Shown: piece by piece, positions 27,369 to 31,955 of the stretch | Layout of the letters: each line of letters opens with the position of its first letter | How positions within the stretch are numbered: position 1 is the first letter of the stretch | Source: a virus | Lineage: Duplodnaviria > Heunggongvirae > Uroviricota > Caudoviricetes | DNA: 31,955 nt | Strand: one strand, 5' to 3' | Virus record (IMG/VR): IMGVR_UViG_2713896775_000007 | Coordinates: 1 to 31,955 of that record | The notes under the pieces: model-generated | What the model saw: only the letters and a program-made list of their open reading frames with translations | Databases searched by the model: none | What the model was told of the DNA's origin: nothing | Position numbers and translations under genes: made by a program

Positions 27369-27793
27369 CGCGTGCGTTGGCAGTAGTGGTGGCGCTGGCA
27401 CTCGTTGCGCTGGGCTGGCAGTCGTGGCGGCTTAACAGCGCCAGCCACACCATCGAAACGCAGCGCGCGGCGCTGAAAAGTAAAGCGCAAGAACTGACGA
27501 AGAAAAACAGCCAGCTGATCGGTCTGTCCATTCTGGCTGAAACCAACAACCGGGAGCAGGCGCGGCTCTACGCCGAAGCAGAACAGACCAGCGCACTGCT
27601 GAGACAACGACAACGCCGGATCGAGGAACTGAAATGTGAGAATGAGGATTTACGCCGCTGGGCTGATACTCCTTTGCCTGCTGACATTATCCGGCTGCGG
27701 GAACGTCCGGCACTCACCGGAGGTGCAGCTTACCGTCAGTGGTTGTCCGCGAGTGACGCCGTGTCGGCTGGAGCAGGCAGCGCCGCGCACTAA
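27365..27793 (+). CDS. lysB: LysB (Rz-like inner-membrane spanin)
   Basis: N-terminal TM segment (ALAVVVALALVALGW), coiled-coil middle, 142 aa as P2 LysB. Confidence 0.7.
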   Translation: MTRALAVVVALALVALGWQSWRLNSASHTIETQRAALKSKAQELTKKNSQLIGLSILAETNNREQARLYAEAEQTSALLRQRQRRIEELKCENEDLRRWADTPLPADIIRLRERPALTGGAAYRQWLSASDAVSAGAGSAAH

Positions 27794-27926
27794 CGGTGAT
27801 CTGAACGCATTGCTGGATGAAACGGAGGCCGCCTGGGCGGTCTGTGCAGACAAAGTGGACATGATTATTGCGTGTCAGGAGCGAAACAGTGAACAAACCA
27901 CAGTCCCTGCGCCACGCCCTCAATAA
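27636..27926 (+). CDS. lysC: LysC (Rz1-like outer-membrane lipoprotein spanin), embedded in and extending past lysB in another frame
   Basis: Lipobox LTLSGC after a signal peptide; 96 aa as P2 LysC. Confidence 0.7.
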   Translation: MRMRIYAAGLILLCLLTLSGCGNVRHSPEVQLTVSGCPRVTPCRLEQAAPRTNGDLNALLDETEAAWAVCADKVDMIIACQERNSEQTTVPAPRPQ

Positions 27927-28320
27927 AGCAGTGCCTTATGTCCGCAATAACCCGGACAAACTGCATCTGTTTGTGGATAACGGTTCGCTGGTTGCCACGG
28001 GGGCCAGCTCCATGTCATGGGAGTACCGTTATACCCTCAACGTGGTGATTGAGGATTTCAGCGGCGACCAGAATCTGCTGATGGCCCCGGTTTTGCTGTG
28101 GCTGCGTGATAACCAGCCCGATGCCATCAATAACCCGGCGTTACGGGAAAAACTATTCACCTTTGAGGTGGATATTTTGCGCAACGATGTCTGTGATATC
28201 AGCCTTAACCTGCAACTGACGGAGCGTGTGCTGGTCAGCACTGACGGCAGTGTGTCGAGTGTTGAAGCTGTAGCGGAACCCGATGAACCTGAAGAAATGT
28301 GGACGGTGAAACGTGGCTGA
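27889..28320 (+). CDS. R: Tail completion protein gpR
   Basis: SD AGGAG at 27876..27880 before GTG 27889; product begins VNKPQSLRHAL like P2 R; the 27868 start was rejected. Confidence 0.75.
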   Translation: MNKPQSLRHALNKAVPYVRNNPDKLHLFVDNGSLVATGASSMSWEYRYTLNVVIEDFSGDQNLLMAPVLLWLRDNQPDAINNPALREKLFTFEVDILRNDVCDISLNLQLTERVLVSTDGSVSSVEAVAEPDEPEEMWTVKRG

Positions 28321-28759
28321 ACTGCAGAAGGTGGACGACTGGCTGAGTGCTTTGCTGGCGAATCTGGAACCAGCCGCAAGAAGCCGCATGATGCGCCAGC
28401 TGGCGCAGGAACTGCGCCGGACACAGCAGCAGAATATCAGAATGCAGCGCAATCCAGATGGCAGCAGTTATGAACCTCGACGGGTAACAGCACGCAGTAA
28501 AAAGGGGCGCATCAAACGTCAGATGTTTGCAAAGCTGCGCACCGCAAAATACCTGAAAACTGCCGCCAGCGCCGATTCTGCCAGCGTGCAGTTTGAAGGT
28601 AAGGTGCAGCGCATTGCCCGCGTTCATCACTACGGCCTGCGCGATCGCGTCAGTCGTAAAGGACCGGAGGTCCGTTACGCAGAGCGTCGCCTCCTAGGCG
28701 TAAATGATGATGTTGAGGCAATGACCCGCGACATGATTCTGCAATGGCTGGCGGTGTGA
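28313..28759 (+). CDS. S: Tail completion protein gpS
   Basis: 148 aa, GTG start overlapping the R stop. Confidence 0.8.
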   Translation: MAELQKVDDWLSALLANLEPAARSRMMRQLAQELRRTQQQNIRMQRNPDGSSYEPRRVTARSKKGRIKRQMFAKLRTAKYLKTAASADSASVQFEGKVQRIARVHHYGLRDRVSRKGPEVRYAERRLLGVNDDVEAMTRDMILQWLAV

Positions 28760-28762
28760 TCG

Positions 28763-28782
28763 TTGTATCAGCACTGATACAA
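28763..28782. promoter_or_regulatory. Candidate late-activator (Ogr/Delta-type) site upstream of V: perfect 9-bp inverted repeat containing TGT-N12-ACA
   Basis: TTGTATCAG-CA-CTGATACAA, 46 nt upstream of the V start codon. Confidence 0.45.
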
Positions 28783-28827
28783 GTTGCAGCACTGCCGCCT
28801 TTATTCCCCTGATGGCAACCTTTCTCT

Positions 28828-29406
28828 ATGAACGCACAATTAACCGAAATCATGCGCCTTATCACCAACCTGATCCGCACAGGTGTAGTCACCGAAGTGG
28901 ACCGGGAGAACTGGCTTTGCCGGGTGAAAACGGGCGACCTTGAAACCAACTGGATCAGCTGGCTGACGCTGCGTGCCGGGAATGCCCGCACATGGTGGCG
29001 ACCATCGGAAGGTGAACAGGTGGTGCTGCTGAGTCTGGGCGGCAATCTTGAAACCGCCTTTGCGTTGCCCGCTGTCTATTCGAATCAGTTCGCTCCACCG
29101 TCGACGTCGGCGGACGCCTGCGTGACAGAACATCCTGACGGTGGCTGGTTTGAATACGAACCCGCCACCGGGCGCTGGTATGTCAGGGGCATCAAATCCA
29201 TGGTCATTGAGGCTGCCGACAACATCACCCTGAAAACCAGTGAGTTTGTGCTGGAGGCTGACCGCTCGCGTATTAACAGCGAAGTGGTGATCAATGGTGG
29301 CGTTACCCAGGGCGGCGGTGCGATGAGTTCTAACGGGATCGTGGTTGATGCGCATCAGCATACTGGCGTCCTGAAAGGCGGTGATACCACCGGAGGCCCG
29401 GTATGA
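28828..29406 (+). CDS. V: Baseplate spike protein gpV
   Basis: 192 aa, P2 V-like. Confidence 0.85.
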   Translation: MNAQLTEIMRLITNLIRTGVVTEVDRENWLCRVKTGDLETNWISWLTLRAGNARTWWRPSEGEQVVLLSLGGNLETAFALPAVYSNQFAPPSTSADACVTEHPDGGWFEYEPATGRWYVRGIKSMVIEAADNITLKTSEFVLEADRSRINSEVVINGGVTQGGGAMSSNGIVVDAHQHTGVLKGGDTTGGPV

Positions 29407-29762
29407 CGCTTTATAGCGGGATGAATAATACCAGCGGTAAAGCCATTACTGATATTGACCATCTGCGCCAGTCGGTGCGGGACATTCTGCTGACGCCGCA
29501 GGGTAGCCGCATTGCCCGTCGGGAATATGGTTCCCTGCTGTCGGCACTGATAGATCAGCCACAAAATCCGGCGTTACGCCTGCAGGTTATGTCGGCTGTG
29601 TATGTGGCACTGAGTCGCTGGGAGCCACGGCTGACGCTGGATTCCATCACTATTAACAGCAATTTTGACGGTTCAATGGTGGTGGAGCTGACCGGGCGGC
29701 GGAATAACGGTGTGCCTGTGTCCCTTTCAGTATCAACAGGAGCAGAGAATGGCAGTGATTGA
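29403..29762 (+). CDS. W: Baseplate protein gpW
   Basis: 119 aa, P2 W-like; ATGA overlap with V. Confidence 0.85.
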   Translation: MTLYSGMNNTSGKAITDIDHLRQSVRDILLTPQGSRIARREYGSLLSALIDQPQNPALRLQVMSAVYVALSRWEPRLTLDSITINSNFDGSMVVELTGRRNNGVPVSLSVSTGAENGSD

Positions 29763-30657
29763 CCTTTCGCAGTTGCCTGCACCGCAGATTGTGGATGTGC
29801 CGGACTTTGAGACGCTGCTTGCCGAACGCAAAGCAGAATTTGTGGCGCTTCATCCGAAAGATGAGCAGGAAGCCGTGATCCGCACGCTGGAACTGGAATC
29901 TGAACCCGTCACTAAATTGTTGCAGGAGAACGCTTACCGTGAGTTGCTTCTGCGCCAGCGCATTAACGAAGCCGCGCAGGCGGTGATGGTGGCTTACGCG
30001 ATGGGCGGCGATCTTGACCAGCTCGCTGCTAACTACAACGTGACACGCCTGACGGTGACGCCTGCTGATAATGATGCTGTGCCGCCCGTTGCAGCTGTGA
30101 TGGAAAGCGATGAAGCGTTACGCCTGCGTGTGCCTGCAGCCTTTGAAGGGCTTTCTGTTGCGGGGCCCACTGCAGCTTATGAATTTCATGCCCGAAGCGC
30201 CGACGGTCGGGTGGCGGATGCCAGTGCAACCAGTCCGGCTCCTGCAGAGGTGGTGCTTACGGTCCTGAGCCGTGAAGGCGACGGAACAGCAGAAAAAGAC
30301 TTGCTGGATGTGGTGGAGAAAGCTCTGAACAGTGAGAACGTCCGCCCGGTTGCTGACCGTCTTACGGTTCGCAGCGCAGAAATCATCCCGTATCGCGTGG
30401 AAGCCACCATTTTTCTCTATCCGGGACCGGAAGCAGAGCCGGTAATGGCAGCGGCAAAAGCCAGTCTGCAGAAGTACATTGCCAGCCAGACGAGGCTTGG
30501 TCGGGATATTCGCCGTAGCGCCATCTTTGCTGCTCTGCATGTTGAGGGGGTTCAACGTGTGGAACTGGCTTCTCCGCTGGCGGATGTGGTCCTGAACAAA
30601 ACACAGGCGGCATCATGTACGCAGTGGAGCGTAACCAACGGAGGAACGGATGAATAG
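29749..30657 (+). CDS. J: Baseplate protein gpJ
   Basis: Start ATG 29749 overlapping the W end; P2 J-like. Confidence 0.85.
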   Translation: MAVIDLSQLPAPQIVDVPDFETLLAERKAEFVALHPKDEQEAVIRTLELESEPVTKLLQENAYRELLLRQRINEAAQAVMVAYAMGGDLDQLAANYNVTRLTVTPADNDAVPPVAAVMESDEALRLRVPAAFEGLSVAGPTAAYEFHARSADGRVADASATSPAPAEVVLTVLSREGDGTAEKDLLDVVEKALNSENVRPVADRLTVRSAEIIPYRVEATIFLYPGPEAEPVMAAAKASLQKYIASQTRLGRDIRRSAIFAALHVEGVQRVELASPLADVVLNKTQAASCTQWSVTNGGTDE

Positions 30658-31255
30658 TCTGCTGCCACCGGGTTCAACTTCACTGGAGCGCCGACTGGCG
30701 CAAACCTGTAGCGGGATTTCTGATCTGCAGGTGCCGCTGCGTGACTTGTGGAATCCGGCTGCCTGTCCGGTCAGCTTCCTGCCTTATCTCGCCTGGGCGT
30801 TCTCTGTGGATCGCTGGGACGAGGGCTGGACAGAAAGCGTCAAACGCCAGGTAGTGAAGGATGCTTTTTATATTCATCAGCATAAAGGAACCACCAGTGC
30901 CGTGCGGCGGGTGGTGGAACCGTTCGGATTCCTGATCCGCATTATTGAGTGGTGGCAGACCGGAGAAACACCGGGCACGTTTCGCCTGGATATCGGCGTG
31001 CAGGACCAGGGCATCACTGAAGATACCTATCTGGAACTTGAGCGGCTGATAAGCGATGCCAAACCATGTAGCCGTCACATGATCGGCATGTCCATCAATC
31101 TGCAGACCAGCGGTCCGCATTGGGTGGGGGCCGCCAGCTATCTTGGCGAAGAAATCACGATCTATCCGTATATCAACGAAACAATTATTTCTGGCGGCAC
31201 CGCGCATGAAGGCGGGGCGGTCCATGTTATTGACACAATGAGAGTGAATCCATGA
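30650..31255 (+). CDS. I: Baseplate/tail protein gpI
   Basis: SD GGAGG before ATG 30650; P2 I-like. Confidence 0.85.
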   Translation: MNSLLPPGSTSLERRLAQTCSGISDLQVPLRDLWNPAACPVSFLPYLAWAFSVDRWDEGWTESVKRQVVKDAFYIHQHKGTTSAVRRVVEPFGFLIRIIEWWQTGETPGTFRLDIGVQDQGITEDTYLELERLISDAKPCSRHMIGMSINLQTSGPHWVGAASYLGEEITIYPYINETIISGGTAHEGGAVHVIDTMRVNP

Positions 31256-31955
31256 GCACAAAATTTTATACCCTGCTGACGGATATTGGCGCGGCGAAAC
31301 TTGCCAGCGCCGCCGCACTCGGTGTGCCGTTAAAAATTACCCATATGGCGGTAGGCGATGGCGGCGGAACATTACCAACGCCGGATGCAAAGCAGACTGC
31401 ACTGGTAAATGAGAAACGCCGGGCTGCGCTGAATATGCTCTATATCGACCCGCAAAACAGCAGCCAGATTATTGCTGAACAGGTGATCCCTGAAAACGAG
31501 GGTGGTTGGTGGATACGTGAAGTGGGCCTGTTTGATGAATCCGGGGCATTAATTGCCGTGGGCAACTGCCCGGAAAGCTATAAGCCGCAACTGGCTGAAG
31601 GCAGCGGGCGCACCCAGACCGTGCGCATGGTGCTGATTACCAGCAGTACGGACAATATCACCCTGAAAATTGACCCTGCCGTAGTGCTGTCAACCCGCAA
31701 GTATGTGGATGACAAAATATCAGAGCACGAACAGTCACGACGTCACCCGGACGCCTCGCTGACCGCAAAAGGTTTTACTCAGTTAAGCAGTGCGACCAAC
31801 AGTGAATCCGAAATACTGGCCGCAACACCGAAGGCTGTGAAGGCTGCATATGATCTTGCAGCAGGTAAAGCATCCGCCAGTCACACACACCCGTGGAGCC
31901 AGATAACGGATGTGCCTGCAGCTTCACTGACGGTAAAAGGCACCGTGCAACTCAG
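31252..31955 (+). CDS. H: Tail fibre protein gpH, N-terminal part (continues beyond window end)
   Basis: MSTKFYTLLTDIGAAKLASAAALGVPLKITHMAVGDGGG is the conserved P2 H N-terminus; open to the last base. Confidence 0.85.
   Translation, partial: MSTKFYTLLTDIGAAKLASAAALGVPLKITHMAVGDGGGTLPTPDAKQTALVNEKRRAALNMLYIDPQNSSQIIAEQVIPENEGGWWIREVGLFDESGALIAVGNCPESYKPQLAEGSGRTQTVRMVLITSSTDNITLKIDPAVVLSTRKYVDDKISEHEQSRRHPDASLTAKGFTQLSSATNSESEILAATPKAVKAAYDLAAGKASASHTHPWSQITDVPAASLTVKGTVQL

Larger units (their letters stand above)
6766..31955. mobile_element. P2/186-like prophage (left end near the ssrA fragment; right end beyond the window)
   Basis: Canonical gene order int-CI-apl-cII-...-A-(cargo/cos)-Q-P-O-N-M-L-X-lysis-R-S-V-W-J-I-H. 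Confidence 0.9.

Noticed and set aside
11473-29748. Longest-ORF starts at 11473, 11760, 15380, 15949, 25923, 27868 and 29710
   Set aside because: The upstream extensions overlap preceding genes and lack ribosome-binding sites; internal starts with SD sequences (11533, 11832, 15452, 16000, 25986, 27889, 29749) give products beginning at the conserved N-termini.
1-31955. CRISPR arrays, IS elements or rRNA genes
   Set aside because: No regularly spaced direct repeats, no transposase-like ORFs with terminal inverted repeats, and no rRNA-like sequence seen by eye.

Overview
The window is a composite of two adjacent integrative elements, separated by a 45-nt 3' fragment of a tmRNA (ssrA)-like gene (6721..6765, minus strand). 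All calls come from reading the sequence and ORF translations; no searches were run. Left element (1..~6765), visibly AT-rich: a P4/CP4-57-type tyrosine integrase, a tightly overlapping three-gene operon that looks like a Lamassu/ABC-3C system (effector, small middle component, SMC-like ABC ATPase with coiled-coil insert), and an unassigned 446-aa protein with a lysine-rich tail. Right element (~6766..window end), a P2/186-like prophage: P2-type integrase with an AT-rich membrane-protein moron, 186-type CI repressor, Apl/Cox-like, CII, TraR-like zinc finger, DUF3850-like, Dam methylase, replication gene A, then a LexA-box-controlled orf62/DinI-like pair. Next comes AT-rich cargo on both sides of a GC-rich cos-like sequence: a KAP-type P-loop NTPase before it; an unassigned 342-aa protein and an HNH nuclease split by a frameshift in an A7 tract after it. 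The P2 morphogenesis and lysis genes follow: Q, P (minus strand), O, N, M, L, X, pinholin-like holin, SAR endolysin, LysB with embedded LysC, R, S, V, W, J, I and the 5' part of H. Best candidates for uncharacterised biology are the cos-flanking cargo (KAP NTPase, 342-aa protein, split HNH), the integrase-adjacent membrane protein and the 446-aa lysine-tailed protein; the Lamassu-like operon belongs to a described family but its effector and Walker B variant merit a look.
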